NCBI GenBank assembly: GCA_002633005.1
Contig: NMRA01000190.1
Span: 310,001-374,000 of the forward strand
Direction of reading: 5' to 3'
Origin: Phoronis australis
Lineage: Eukaryota; Animalia; Phoronida
Length of the DNA: 64,000 bases
Position 1 is the stretch's first letter. Every line of letters begins with the position of its first letter. Of this stretch, positions 63,047 to 64,000 are shown one piece after another. The notes beneath the pieces are model-generated. The model made no database searches. It worked only from the letters and a program-made list of their open reading frames with translations, and was not told where the DNA came from. The position numbers were made by a program, and so were the translations under genes.

Positions 63047-64000
63047 TATCAGGTGTCCCAAAAAAGTGAGCCACTTTTCGTAGCCCGCTGGATTGCAATC
63101 AGGACTGGGCGGAGGCCATTCACCCTTTTTGGTGAATTTTGGTGTGGCCTCCTCCAGATGACCCAGGGTTATCTTGCTCGTGTGGGAAGGAGCCACATCT
63201 TGCTTAAACGCGTATTTGTTTCCAAGATGAATTCGCCTGCAATCCGGGAGAAGATTTTCATACAATAAATGCCTATAGCGTTGATTGTTAATCGGCTCTA
63301 TCAGCGTCAATAAAATGAATATTTTGTTTTTCCATCCCAGGATACTCCAGAGGAAACCATTACTTTTTTGGAAAATCTGGAAGTCTAGTGATAGAGTTCA
63401 AAAGGCTCAATCTCTCATGTTTGTTTCCCATAAAAACGATCGTTTTGACAAGTTTTAGCGATTTCTAGCCTAAAGTCTTTTCCATCAGCGAAAATGATTC
63501 TTTTCACATCAGTGGCTGAATAGCGGTCATGCAAGTATAGACATCGAGTTTTTCTTTTCCTCCTAATATTTTGATCTCTCCGTGATACCCACATTTTTGG
63601 ATGGTTTTACCTCCAATTTTCCGCCATTTTTTGTACAGAGGACTTGTAAATCGCTATTAAATGCTACTTCTCTCAGAGTTTTGTGATTCCCCGGGTTGAC
63701 CTCCTGGCATTGAATGAGTTCCTCAACACGATACTCGTTTTCTTTCTAACATGCAGACTTGGGTCTCCCACTGCCACATTTTCGGGCAACAGACCCTGTG
63801 TTGCGCATTTCAGCAATAAGTCTATTTACTCCACCCTTCTCCTGGGAACTCCCTCACGATTCTTCTTCCACTCCACCAAGTTTCTCCTTGCCGGTTTCAA
63901 TAATAAATTTTTCACGTACATTCAAAGGCATCCTTACAAACCAGGATATTGGACAGAATTGATTTGGATACAGATCTCACAATATAAAAACAACAGACTT
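63047..64000 (-). mobile_element. Tc1/mariner superfamily transposon relic (maT/DD37D-like), disrupted transposase
   Basis: TA then TIR-like TATCAGGTGTCCCAAAAAAAGTG. Minus-strand IIFADGKDF near 63475-63500 and FKQDVAPSHTSK...WPPPSPDCNP; the coding region runs into the TIR shortly after the third catalytic motif. Confidence 0.85.

Overview
Intron-rich, repeat-dense genomic DNA from an animal, probably a marine invertebrate (inferred from gene and repeat content). Host genes: (1) the 5' seven coding exons of a complement C3-like thioester-protein gene on the minus strand, running off the left edge; (2) an intronless class A GPCR; (3) a GH3-domain (GHDC-like) gene; (4) a minus-strand array of phase 0-0 exons encoding Pro/Thr linkers plus a four-cysteine module, expanded by a 2.35 kb tandem duplication; (5) the first two exons of a DNase II gene. 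About 100 bp upstream of the C3-like ATG sits a 9.9 kb nest of transposons. From outside in: long-TIR ends with an imperfect 10-bp TSD, a THAP+KolX Kolobok-type relic, a second TTAA-flanked Kolobok-type shell, a BEL/Pao LTR retrotransposon, and a third Kolobok copy. Removing the two inner TTAA-flanked inserts restores the interrupted reading frames. Also present: Helentron/HINE-like tandem arrays carrying CTCF-consensus motifs, LINE fragments, a Tc1/mariner relic and many MITEs. All calls come from manual reading; no searches were run.
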